In this document: positions 1-13,499 of the stretch, in pieces
How positions within the stretch are numbered: position 1 is the first letter of the stretch
Layout of the letters: every line of letters begins with the position of its first letter
Source: Cycas panzhihuaensis
Lineage: Eukaryota; Plantae; Cycadophyta
Direction of reading: 5' to 3'
Assembly: GCA_023213395.1 (NCBI GenBank)
Contig: CM041465.1
Location: 75,275,741-75,339,740 of the forward strand
Length of the DNA: 64,000 bases
Program-made: the position numbers and the translations under genes
The notes under the pieces: generated by a model
Seen by the model: the letters and a program-made list of their open reading frames with translations, nothing else
Databases searched by the model: none
What the model was told of the DNA's origin: nothing

Positions 1-1160
1 AAAAGTGATACAAGGTCCTGATAAGATAGACCATATAAGGGCTAGAGTAAACTAGAAAATCTAAGGGTGGGACCATGGCTAAATAAATGGGGACCCTGAA
101 GTAAAGAGTGTTAGACAATATGACAACAATGTTTTAAAGGCCATAATTTTGATAAGTTGGCAGTGCAATTTCCTCCCAAATTTCCTCAGGGGGGATCTAA
201 GGGGGGTGGGAGCCCCCTTTAACTGGGAGATGTGGGGGGGAGCCAGAACCACCTTCGTAAAGAGGGGGTTTAGGGGTGGTAGCTACTAACCTAAAAAGTT
301 AGCACTAAAAGACATACTAAATTGTAAAGAGAATTGGGGTCATTCATTCAAAATACCCCAAATTTAATGGTCAAGATTGGTGCCTTATATGACTCTCTCA
401 TATAGCCTGATTTAGGGTGTTTTTTCATTATGTTGATGGTATTCAATATATTGGATATACTGTGAGGAGTTGGGCAACTGGTTGTTGATGTTGTGAGCAT
501 TTTATTGTGGATTATATACATTTCTCCATTCTTTAATAATAAAGATCGATACATTTTCTATGTGGATGTTTCTCTAGCACGCTGCTAAGGTTTTACCATG
601 TTATATCGGGTGTATATGTGATACTTTAGCTTCCTAATTCATTTACTATATTATCTCTGGTTTAAGAACTTGCATGTTATATTTTAGTTTTGATTCCTGT
701 AACTAGTTGTAAAATAGTTTAGATCTTGGTGACAGTTTTTGGTTATTGGGACCTAGTTTACTTAATAAAGAAGAGGCATTAAGATCCAAAATTTGAGTAG
801 AAGATGAAGGTATGTTAGGCTAAAAGGCTAGAGGTATAAACCAAGTAGAGTTCATAGGGTAGGAAGAGGAGGTTGTAGCCTCTTAAGGAGGTAAATAAGA
901 ATTCCCTACATGTGACAAGTGACCTAAACTAAGGCACTTAAGAAAAGGATTGCCAGGAGGTTAAATAATGATTTGTGAATGAGGAGGTTTTGGGTTTTTA
1001 AAACTCAAGCCCTAAAGAGGACTGAACTCCCCAAGAGGGAGTTACTTCAAGATAAAATGGGCTAGCTCTGATAGGTGGAACTGCCTAATACCATGATGAC
1101 TGGATGAAATATAAATATAAGAAATAGGAAAGGGAGGAGACTTAAGGGTTGTATAAGTTC

Positions 1161-1572
1161 TTAGATCAGTCTCTGTAAGACTATTAATCTCATGGAACTA
1201 AAGTAAAGAAATAGAGTCATACACTCTATGTTGTAGATGATGAATGCATGCAAAATGTATAATTACCTTTATTATGACCTAAGATAATTATAGGAATTAA
1301 TAATATTATTTATTTCAAGTTAGTCTCAAATATTATTAGGGTATAGGTATCTTATTAGAAGTTAGTTTAGATCAGTCTCTGTAAGACTATTAATCTCATG
1401 GAACTAAAGTAAAGAAATAGAGTCATACACTCTATGTTGTAGATACTAAATGCATGCAAAATGTATAATCACCTTTATTGTGACCTAAGATAATTATAGG
1501 AATTAATAAAATTATTTATTACAAGTTAGTCTCAAATATTATTAGGGTATAGGTATCTTATTAGAAGTCAGT
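1161..1572. repeat. Tandem direct duplication, 2 x 206 bp
   Basis: TTAGATCAGTCTCTGTAAGACTATTAATCTC...CTTATTAGAAGT occurs at 1161-1366 and again at 1367-1572, nearly identical. Confidence 0.9.
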
Positions 1573-2740
1573 TTTATTATTTGGAAGTTAGTTTTTTTAA
1601 GGATGGTTAAATATGACACCTATAAATAGAGAACTATTATTTACTTGTAAATCATCTTTTGTAATTTAATTCATTTGGGGTCTTTGGATCATTTGGCTCT
1701 TAGGAACTTCTATTCAACTTTTATTTCAATTTTCTTTTGTCTTTGTGGAAGTAGATCTAATTTAGGATTACTTCAAATGGTATTAGAGCCTCACCTTTTC
1801 TGTATCAAGGATTTGCATTCTTAGAGTATAAATGTAAGAATTTCAGAAAAGTAATTAAAACTTTGAGTCAAATAAGCCTATTCTACAAATTTTGAGTGGT
1901 GATGTCATAGGTTTTAGAGTGAAATTATAAAAATTTTAGGGAATTTAACTTTGACCTATTATTTATCACTATTTTTAGGGCTTAAAATCTATTGCTACAA
2001 CTTTAGACAACCATAAATTTAGCTATAAGTATTTGATTAAATTGAAATATTTTTTAAATATATGTGTATTATTATTTACTTTATATGGAAGTGGTTTTAT
2101 ATCCATTAGATATTAGAGAAAAAGGTTATCTATATTTTGGTAAGAAGTACTATTGTAGTCCCCAAAGGTATAATCATAACATTGCTTAAAAGTACCATGA
2201 ATTCATTCCACTACAAGGATTAAATTTTGATTTCATCTAAAGCATTAAAATTTTAATTTAAGAGTCCATATTCCAAACTATTAGAAAAATCATAATTGAG
2301 GTGGGAATTATAGAGTAATAGAAGAACTATAGAGCTTTGCTTAAGATACTAGAAGCCTGGGATAGTTAAATACCCAAAAAGAATGGACTCAAAATTTTGA
2401 TCTTTTAAGGTGGAAATTGAAAGGGACATGGAAATAATATATAAAAATTTGGACCATGCTCAAGAAAAGTTCAATATTAAGATAGCTAGATTGATAAAGT
2501 TGATAGAAGTAGGGCCTGCTTTCAAAGGCCTTAAAAGGGATGGCTATGTAGGGAACCCAATAATAACAACAAAAATGAAGAAGATCAAAAGGAAAATAAA
2601 AGATGTTATGATGATTGAAGAGATTATAATCTTTAAATACCAACTTACTCATAAGATGGTAGAACTAAAGCAAATGAATGGCTAACAAAAATAGACAATG
2701 CCATAGATGCACTATGTATTAGTGATGCCAAAGATTAAAT
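1435..2740 (+). mobile_element. Truncated LTR retrotransposon 5' end (LTR, PBS, leader)
   Basis: LTR-like end TTCA at 1775 is followed by PBS TGGTATTAGAGCC at 1778-1790. The leader at 1880-2280 resembles the leader of element E (28440-28830). The left boundary is approximate. Confidence 0.55.
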
Positions 2741-2741
2741 T

Positions 2742-5100
2742 TGTTAAGAAACACCTATATGCAAGAAGGTTGACATAATCTTTTACATAAAGTAGATATG
2801 AGTAGAATAAATACACATGGGACACTAGATTTGAGGTGGGAAACCCTCAGGTAAAAAAATACCAAAATGATATTATTTCATATTTTTGACAAATCTAGCA
2901 TTATTGTATATAGTTTGGAATTTAATCTATATTTATAGATCTCAAGTGCTATGATATAATTCATTATTACATTTATTGGCTCACATCCATAATACATCAA
3001 TATATTTAGTACATAATTAGGCCCACTTTATATTAGTTGGAAATGCATACATTAATATATTCCAACATCCCCTCTTAATGTAAATATGGGCTATCAAGGT
3101 TTATCCTTGGCAATCGATCCCCTCTCAAAGATAACCTCACCTAATATACACGAACATTGATGTAGTAATCTTTAGTTAGAGCTTAGAGAACATGTCTACA
3201 AGTCAATCTCTAGTTGAACAAACTTCAACCTGCATCTTTACTTATATGATCTTCTCTTATATATGACAATGTTATGCCTTATATATGTATGATTCTTTGG
3301 ATGTAACTCTAATAGTCCTTGCAACCATACAACTCTCTCTCTGCACCTAACACTTTATCCATGAAATTTAGCCATTTTCTTTTAATTAAACCAAGAGGTT
3401 GCGTCACTTAAGCCATGTGAATCTCCTCTTCAAGTCTCTATTAAGGAATGATGATATGACATGATGTGACTTCCAACTATCTGAAACTACTAAAGTAAGG
3501 ATCAAATAAACCAATAATATAAAGATTAGTATATATGTCTCATCATACTTGAATATTTCTTCCTACATGAAATCTCTTATGCAACAAGTTTTACTAACTT
3601 GCAAATCGACTATGTTCTTGAGGGTGGAAAGGGACCCAAATCCTATATATATCACTCTCCATCAATACAACTCTCCATTACAAATCTTCACTCACTAGAA
3701 TGTTGGTGTCTATCATGAGCTTTGACTGACATATTGATCCTCATTATTTGAATCATCCTGTAGGTCTTCAACCATCAATGAAACATGGGGTTGTAATCTA
3801 TGTCTCATCTCATAATGGCTCCTCATCATCAATCTTTCATTAGGTCCTGCTTCCATCTCAAACATAATGTTAGGTAAACAAACCCCCACACCTACTCAAT
3901 CATAGCTCAAAAAAAAGAAGTAATGAAGGATATAACTTATAATTAGATGACACTCAACACGATACGTCAATAACTCTTTAACTTGACATCTAGACTAATC
4001 ATAATGCACTTCCCCTTACAAATCACAAAGACACTCCAACTCTTGTAATCTTGTTACTATGATCTTTGTCTAAGATGTGTGAACTTCAATGCACCTCAAA
4101 TAATAAATAGAAGGCTTTTGACTTAGTCCAATATATAACACGAGGGGAATATGTCATGAACAACCTTAGGAGATGTCTCATTTTAAATTGTCTACTATAG
4201 TTTCTTCAAAAAATCTATGGGAGGTAAATAATAATATACACCAACCTCACCGTATGCATCATGATACTCACCTATAATGTAACCTTATGGAGTTCAGAGG
4301 ACAACTATTCTATACCATGATAAAGGCATAACTGATTTTTAAGGCATCTCATCATAGACCTTTCCATTTAAACTTTAATTTTTTATCAAACACTCTATCT
4401 CAATTCCACATCATACTTGTTCATATATGCACACATGTTGAACCAACATCAAATAGGCCACAAACCCTCATGCTAACATTAGTCCAACTAGCAAAGTATA
4501 ATATTCTACCATCACTGATAACCACTTATACAAATAGTAAATTTTGAACCTCTTGTCACCTCATACATATCTACTACAATAGATCTCAAATATAATTAAA
4601 TAAAACACATGATCACTTATAAAAAACCACACTAATACAACATATGTGTAATAATCTATGCTACATAACACAAAGTTTTCATCACTTGTAGCTAAGGTAT
4701 CTATATTAACTCTCCCTTCTTGACCCTCTTGTCAATTAGTGAACTCTACTACTTTGATGATGCTCACCTAAAACATGCCCTCTGTTGCCCTTTCTTGCCC
4801 TCAAACTTGCCCATTCTCACCTATTAACACCTAACTTACTCTCTCATGTAATTGCATATAAAAGAGAACCATGTGGCCAACATGCCTTACAATCTCTCTT
4901 ACGCAAAATGCTTGTAAGAGATTATGCAATCACTAATACAATGCCAACACTCACTTTTCCACTATTAAACCACCCAAAGACCCATCACCATACTTGATCC
5001 AAGATTCTTAAGGCTATTACCATCCACTTAATACATTTAATAAATCAAATACCTCAATATCAATCAGATCAAGAAAGTAAAATAGACTATAAAAAGAGTG
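2742..5100 (-). mobile_element. Degenerate Ty1/copia remnant (3' LTR, PPT, RNase H tail, integrase remnants)
   Basis: On the minus strand a PPT TTAAGAGGGGA (3068-3078) abuts TGTTGGA (3067). Near 3180-3235 the minus strand reads QVEVCSTRD*LVDMFSK, the ADIFTK motif. Outer boundaries are approximate. Confidence 0.6.
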
Positions 5101-5323
5101 TCCCAATGATAAATCAAAGCACTTCGAGATATCAAAATGAAATGGGCAATTGATATATTACATCAATATATAAAAAGGTGACTTTATCAAAAAGCTTTAA
5201 TAATTGATAAATTAATGTATTAAAATGATTATTACATTGGCAATTTAATGCATAAAAAGCAATGACAACAAACTCAATAAAATATTGATAGTTGCAGATA
5301 GTGAACATAGAGCGACTGATATA

Positions 5324-5457
<134 letters not shown>

Positions 5458-6544
5458 TATGTGTGTCTGTGTAATGTCATTTACTTTTATCAATGGATAA
5501 AATATCATAATTAGTAGTGACACAAATCTATATATACATAGATTGAATTAAACCTCATTGTGCATCATGCAAAAATACAGCCAGGTGACTTTATGAAAGA
5601 AAAGGGTGACAACTAGTGAAGTTATAGAATACATCAATAGGCAGGCTAATATCATTGCAGGTGACTATACATAGTATGTAGGTGACACTGTAATAATCAT
5701 GAATGAAATCAAATTAGATTAACATGCAACTATAAGCTTTAATAGGGGTGCAATATTATTCATTGGCGATATATACAATGTGACAACTATATAATATTAT
5801 GCATACTATCACAAGCAATGGTATTAAATGGCCAGAGATGAAATATCACTACATAAGCTTTAAATCAATTGGGTGACTCATACATTTATCATGTAGATAA
5901 TAATTTCAATACATTGAAAAAAATATATCATTTCTTAAGGCATTTACAATAATATTAATATATGTGAACATATCTTTATTTATTCTATCATATTGCTCAC
6001 AGGGGCTCTACACTCTCCCACTAGTCATTTCACGTCAACATGGGGTTGGCAAGCATCTATAACAAGGTGCACAACATCTCTCCTCATATGGGTGGCCTCA
6101 AACACCTCTAAAATTGATCAATAGACTTTAAAATCACCTCCTGGGATGTTTCACCAAAACCTCGCCTCTTGGTTTATTTTGTTAAAATATTCAATACAGA
6201 TCATTCAACATAATGAATATTAAAACAGGTATGATGAATATAATAAAAATATCATTAACTCATAATCAAAATGTCTATATCATAATGACTCAATAATAAT
6301 AACTTAATAATAATCTCGATCTTGACTTAATGTCCTTTACTCTGCCTCACTCACTTATTTATACACCACAAGTGAGGACATATATGATGACATGTGGTAC
6401 ATGTGGGACCATCAACCTCTAATATAACAAATAACATAACACATATTAATTGACCAATAACCTATAGACCACCTACTTGTATAAATATGTATTACAATCA
6501 TATTATAATAATTAACACTCTAAATTCTAACACCTCCCCTTAAT

Positions 6545-8150
6545 ACACATTTGGAGATTCCTTGAATTTATAATATCTTATTCTTAGAATTGTCTTAAAG
6601 ATAATGTCTTCAGTTTAATCTCCATCTCTATTTCTATAATGATGTCCTTGTAATAGTCCTCGAGAATAATGGTCCTTGAACTTGGCATTCTTCATGTTAG
6701 TGTGTAACATTGAATCCTTCATCATATAAAAGGTATAGTAGATCATAGTTGGTCCAACTTGAGCTTGATGTAGATCTTATAAGTAATCATGTAGATAATT
6801 ATAAAAAATATCTTGAAAATTAAGGTTTATATTTAGCATGTCTTTAATCATTATTTCAATCACAACCTATTTATCTTCATATTCAATATCAATTGAATTA
6901 AGATCTGAAGATAGTGAAGAGAAAATATAACTACATAAATAATTTGATAACTGAACTCTAAACCATGTAAAGAACAAATAGCATAAACAAGCTGAGCATG
7001 CAATAAAGAATACCAAGAGATTTAAGTCTAAGCATAGAACTTTTTATTAATTTGAGTAACAACTAAAGAATTACAAAGATGAATAAACCCAACTCTTCTC
7101 ATTGACTCATCAAAGACTAATCCTTCCCTTTTGCATATGTCGTTACGTAAGAATATATAGACACAACATTACAAGATATTGCCTTGTGATTTTACAATAT
7201 AATGGGCATAAACCATGGGTCAACAAAGACCCCTATAAGACACCAAAAAAACTTTTCTCAAGGGCTCTCGTCCCTGAACACCCACTTGGGGGAGCCATTG
7301 GCCCCCTATATCCCCCAGCTAGGGACCCTGCAACGGGCCCTTAGACCCCACAAAGGGGCTTAGGTGTAATGCCGATACCCATATAACACTTATAAAGTAT
7401 TTAACATATCTAATAGATAGGACATCAAAAGAAGAATCAACATCACTTAAAGCATTTAAAAATTAAGCATCAATATCTTGTATGAATTATTCCTTATATC
7501 CAACAATGAGCTCTTTATCTTTTGGAGCAGAGTCTTCATCAACTTATAAGAAATTTAAGTTTGAACCAATACTCAAATTGGGAACATCTAAAGAAACTTT
7601 GATTACTTGATCACAATCATCAATAATTAATTCTTCAATTTCAACATACTCAATAAACTCATCAACACATTCAATTACAATTTTTTTTATATTCATCAAT
7701 ATTTTCACCAATTCCTATAGTTTCTTTATCAATATCTTGACATACCTTTTCACTAGCATCAGTAGTACTTTTTTCATCCTTATTACTTGTATCATTAATA
7801 ATTTTGTTTGCTTTTTCAATAATCTCTTCTACCTCTTTAGGAGTCTTTTCATACCCATCCTTCAAAAGATTCTAAGCTTCTTTAGCAATACCAGCATTAT
7901 GAAATACAAAGATGAGAAAGTGGTGGGAAGAAGGAAGTTCATCTTCATTTAATGCAACAAGAATAACATCAATTATTATTCTATTATTCTTTTTAAAAAA
8001 AAAATCTACTTCTATAATAATTAAGGCATCATGTCCATCAGTGATAATTTTCTATAACCCTTTATACACAAATATACTTTCTATTTTGATTACCCCACAT
8101 CGATAATTTGTTCTTGTGTACTTAAGTAAGGGAAAAGGAGAGTCTATTAA
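6545..8150 (-). pseudogene. gag: Decayed copia-type gag of element A, interrupted by a solo LTR
   Basis: Minus strand reads ...VALNEDELPSSHHFLIFVFHNAGIAKEA*NLLKDGYEKTPKEVEEIIEK (includes ORF 7671-7865), homologous to element E gag (AFNEVDFPSEYHF...STAKEAWDFL). Confidence 0.7.
6915..7415 (-). mobile_element. Solo LTR of copia family B
   Basis: Matches both LTRs of element B (TGAAGAGAAAATATAAC...AACATATC(C/T)AA(C/T)A). Perfect TSD GATAG at 6910-6914 and 7416-7420. Confidence 0.92.
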
Positions 8151-11100
8151 GCAATAATCATTCCTTTTAGATACAAAAAAGATGACATCATCTAATTCCA
8201 TAATTGATCAAGAGTGCAAATAACTTGATCAAATCAGTAGTAACATACTTCAAACTATATACCAAAATAACTATCTCTGAAATATGGTTCATATGGTTTA
8301 GACAATTCATAAATCAAACTCCTGAATGTGGAAATATAAAGAAAAGCATACAATTACCTCCTTATAAAAAATAAATCGATATCGTTGAGAGATTATCCCC
8401 TTTAGTAGATTAGTAAGAGTTCAAGTTGAGATTGCATAAGATCAAAGGGCTTAATCACTAGGGGACCAATAGACTCCAAATCACATTCTAATTTTGTTAA
8501 CCTCAATTTGATTTTGCAAAAAGAATTAAATCCACTTTATTTAATCTCACATCTATAAAAATAAAAATAGATTTCAATCTACTTTAATTTACTTCATACT
8601 TTAGAGAAAATATTAACGTTAGTAAAAAATATTGCTCTTGCTTCATCTCTCTATATGTTAATCACTATTGGCAATGATTTAATCTGATCATGATTTCTTT
8701 GACAATTATTACAAACATGCCTACATTCTCTCCATGACAAATGACTTAATTCCTGTATGAAGGCATCTTCATCTATGGCAATAGGGCATCTACTTCGATA
8801 GACAAGCTAGGGTTTTAAAAAAAATAAACATTTTTTCTCTTAATTATAATGGTTACTATATATGCTCTACCAATGGGAGATCTCCTCTCTGTCATGCTTC
8901 CTGCACCTCTCAATGATGGCTTGCTCAATGTGTGAAATAATGGCAGCTACAAATTTCTTCACATAATGACTATAACCATATACTCTTTGTATCTTAAATA
9001 TAATGGCACTACATGTAGCCTTCCAATGAGTATCTTACTTTCAATAGGTCTAGCTACTATCAATAGATAGCATTTAGGCTTCTAGACTAGGATCCACTGC
9101 TCAAGGGACAATTTGCTTCTTCCTCAATAGTTTTGATGATGTCATAGAATGTTCTTAGGAATATTCTCACCTTGTATCCTATATTTATCTCCTACTTTAG
9201 CTAGCTCTTTCTTCTTAATCAATTTTAGCTTACCTCTGAGTGTCTCAGTTTTCTATGGTTGGGTTTCTTCATAACTGCATGCTCTCTGGCATCTTTCCTC
9301 CTAACCAATGAGCATCTCTTTTTCACAGCTTCAAGGTGCTGCCACATAAACTCTATGGATAACTCCAGTTGCTATATATTTATAGCTTCTTCTACATTCA
9401 TATAGGATCTAGGCATATCCTCCTTCGATGGATTCTTCACCATTCACTGTCTCCATTGATAGCTAGTGTGCCTAAATTCTTCATAGTAGATACCTCTAGC
9501 TAGGTGTCTCAATCTCTAATAAGTAGAGTCTTCTTATAATAGTTTTTACCTCTGACACTCACAGCTGCAATGATTATTCATGCAAGCAGCAATATTATGG
9601 ATAAAATCTCCTCTATAGAAAGATTTTATTGGATTGTATGTATATCTCCTCATATATGGAGGCCACCCAATAACTAGGGTTTGTCATCATTCCAAAAAGT
9701 AGCTCAAGTAAATACTTGAATCCTAGGACCTACGATAAATCTATAGCTAGGTGCATTTATTCTTTATATAGTTATTCTCTTCCAGAATTTTTATCAAAAA
9801 GTGAATGATATTAGGTAGTCTCTATTACAAATGGATTTTCTTCCTTTTTGGGTAGGTAATATCATGCAACAATAAGGGTTTCACTCATGGTAGAGTTTTC
9901 CCAAAGATTAAATTTTACATGAACTTGATAATTAACTTCAAATTTTACTAGTTAAAATCTCAATATTTTTTAACATAAATCTTAATAGATATTTACAATC
10001 ATAAAATGTTTATTGTACAAATAGAATTCAATGACCAATAAATTCATATTCATTCATATGTTATCACTTTTTAGTTTCACAAATTCACACTAACCAATTT
10101 CTTTATAGTGTAAATACTAACAAAACATAAGTGAATAATATTGCCCAGTAATAATTCTATCTTATATCAATCAAAGTCATAGCGTGGTACAACTTATAAT
10201 GATAGCCTTAGGGTTTCACCTTCTATAAGGAGAACCTTAACTTGGTAATCAACTCTATAAAGCCACCTTGACACACATCAATAAATTGGTAAACCTGCAA
10301 AATGTTAGGCTTGATAACTAACCTGCTATGATACCATGTTAAAATATTCAATAGAGATAATTTAATATAATGAACATTGAAACAAGCATGATGAACATAA
10401 TGAAAATATCATTAACTCATAATCAAAATGACTACATCATAATGACTCAACAATAATGGCTTAACAATAATGTCTATCTTGACTCGATGTTCTTTACTCT
10501 ACTTCACTCACTCATTTATACACCATCAATGAGAAAATATACGATGAGATATGGTACATGTGGAACCATCAACCTCTAACACAACTAATGACATAACACT
10601 TATTAATTGACCAATAACCTATAGACCACCTACTTACACAAATGTACATCACAATAATATTATAATACGTGACCCTCTAAAGTCTAACATTTTTTAGATT
10701 GTATGGGGATGCCATACTGAGGGACACTCTTGTAGAGTCAAATATGTTATTTAACAAGTATTTTGGAGTCAAATCCCCAAGTTTGTCCCTATTTTGACTA
10801 TACATCTCTATTTAGATCAACACACTTTCTAGAGTGCCCAACCTACTTTAAAGACCATAAAATTAAAATCTAATTATTGCATGAGTTTTTCAAGGTTATG
10901 GCAACCCTACGCATAAATTTTTAGAAAGATCTGAGGCTTCTATAATGATTTTTTTATTTCACAAAACCCTATGTTGGTTACCACCCTTCTATGAAGAAGA
11001 AACCATGAAAAATAATGTAATAAATTAGTATTTATAACTTTTAAAAGTGGCAAGAGTATGTTATTAATAAATCTAAAATGGGTTTACAATATTTTTTGAA

Positions 11101-12789
11101 ATCATAGTTAAGAAATTAAGTTTTCAACTAGTCAAAATCTATTTTCTACCATCATTGGTATACATAGGTCATGTGTCATTTTTTATTAAAGAAAATCAAT
11201 TTCTAAACTTTATAATTTAATTAAATTAAATTTATAGTTACAAGAAGTCCACTCAACTCCCTTTGTTCTTTTCAAAAGGTTATGCAAAGGCTTTACACAT
11301 GACTAGTGCCATGTTTATAAAAGGGGTTAATTCATTTTTAGAGAAAATTATGATTTTCTATGAGTTATTAGTAATGGTTTTATTATAACTTTTTCAACAG
11401 CCAGTGAAACTCAATTTTTTCTTCACCATCAGAAACTAGACTTAGACATAAACAAAATGAGTAGTTGCATGAATACTTTTGGATGAAATTTGATATATAT
11501 ATTGTAGTTCAAAGTTGATGAAGTTAATTTTCAATAGTTTTTTTAATATATGGCACATAGACTTTTGGGTGTTAAAAGTTAGTCACCTAGAGTTTGATTT
11601 TAGGGTGGGATGGGGAATGTTTTTTTGAGTTGTACATTTCTATATTGATAGATTTTTAAAATTTAAAATTTTAGCTTATAAAAACCTAATTTGTTGAAGA
11701 AAAATGTGAAAAATATTAAAAGATAGAGAGATTGAAAGATTAAATATTAGATAGTATGATATTGTTGAATGTTAATTGATGTTTGACCAACTTGTGAAGG
11801 TGTTTTATCTTATGATGAAGCCTATTTTTAGACCATCTATTGATATTGTTAATAGAATTGTTGATTGTCAAGTACCTAAATTAATGATGACGTTTGGATA
11901 TTTTGAAGGGTAAAGTCCTCTAGTTATGATGTTTAAAGGGCAAAGCTCCCTAGCATTTAGAGGATAATTCCTCATGTGTTTCCATCCAACATTGTTAAAA
12001 AAGCTATTATCTTTCAACTTGTATTGAAGAGGCTAAATGTTTGTACTATTATATTCTTAACTCATTTGTCTAACCAAGTAGTTTCACTTATTCCTAGACT
12101 GGTTAATAAATGTTGATTGAACTAGGTATCTAAAGTCTCTCCTAGCAAGTTGACACCTACAATGACTTGTTACCCATGTTGTTCAATAAATGGTGAAGTC
12201 TTTATATATATGTTAGCTAATTCATTAATGTGGATGTGTTTATTATGTAGTTTTTGAAGAAAAACTTTTTTTGATGGTGGTGATTGCTCATATATGGATG
12301 AGCATTATTTTAAGATTTGAAGTGTTTTTGGTGGTGACTTAAAGAAAAAGGAGGAGGAGGCAATAAATACTAGTGTTACTTCTTATGATGATTAATCATT
12401 ATAGGAGAGTGTTAAAAGTAATAATTAATATTTCATTGTAAAGATATATCAAGTGGTGTTGTATCCCCCTACTCTCTCTTATATGTCATTATTAAATTAT
12501 GAGCATTATTAAGTTGTGTGCATGTAGTCACCTATTCATGTAATATCCTATTGGTAAACTTGAAGGTTCTCTCACATTATTGGTTGGATATGAAATCAAT
12601 TGAACTTATAAATATATACATTTATATAATGCAATTCTTTGAAAGGTGATTATTCTTCCACCATATAATTGTGTCCTTATAATGTGCATGTTTCATCTTA
12701 TCTTGATTTCATATTGATTTTATTTTAACCCCATTAGATATCATTATATTATGAAAGTTAATCATCTATTATGTTGAATTTATTTCTAA

Positions 12790-13200
12790 TAACATAACAT
12801 CACTTTATTATAGGGTTAGTGTATTAATCTATTACAAAAACAGATGATCAACCACCTAACATATTCATCAAAGTATTGAGTAAAGCTAAGCTCTATAGAT
12901 TCATAGATAAACTTAGAGTCTCCCTAAACAACTATTAAGTGGGAGAGGATGTGTTAGGATAATGTCCATTCTCAAGCTAATACCCATTCTTGGTATTTTA
13001 GTTACATATGCTCCACACGTTGATGACATGTTGGCTTGGTGGTTGACTTTGAATTATGTGCCAATGCTTCTCATCATCCCACTTATTTATCAAATAGGGT
13101 CAATAACCTTGAGGTTCATTAACGCCACTCTTATATTTATAAATTTATCCTCTCCTTTATGGTTTTGTTATGTGGGTCAAATTGAGCCTTCACCAACAAA
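12790..13200 (+). mobile_element. Copia 3' remnant: RNase H tail, PPT and LTR start
   Basis: TDDQPPNIFIKVLSKAKLYRFIDKLRV at about 12840-12920 resembles TEDQLADIFTKALSK..F..FRDKLGV. It is followed by PPT AAGTGGGAGAGGATG and TGTTAGG at 12952. Confidence 0.65.
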
Positions 13201-13416
13201 TTTATTGGTTTCATATGAGATGCCTTACCGTATTTATTATTAATATGATGTGGTATATCTTCATTTATAGATCTCATTTCATTACCAATCTACTTGAAAC
13301 ATTGTTAGATGTCATCATCAATTGGTTCTTTGACATATAATATCTAATAACAATGTACCCATACCTTCTACAATGTCTTGATAACTTTGGTCACTATCAT
13401 TTCCATAGTGTCAAAT

Positions 13417-13418
<2 letters not shown>

Positions 13419-13480
<62 letters not shown>
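13419..13480. repeat. Compound microsatellite (AC)n(AT)n(AG)n
   Basis: Directly visible. Confidence 0.97.
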
Positions 13481-13481
<1 letters not shown>

Positions 13482-13499
13482 TTTTACAATATGATACCA

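Larger units (their letters stand above)
6180..10689 (-). mobile_element. Element A: non-autonomous gag-only (TR-GAG-like) LTR retrotransposon
   Basis: Paired 353-bp TG..CA LTRs at 6180-6532 and 10337-10689. Minus-strand PBS TGGTATCATAGCA at 10324-10336 and PPT ATTAAGGGGAGG at 6533-6544. TSD TATTT/TTTTT (4/5). No RT or integrase seen. Confidence 0.9.
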
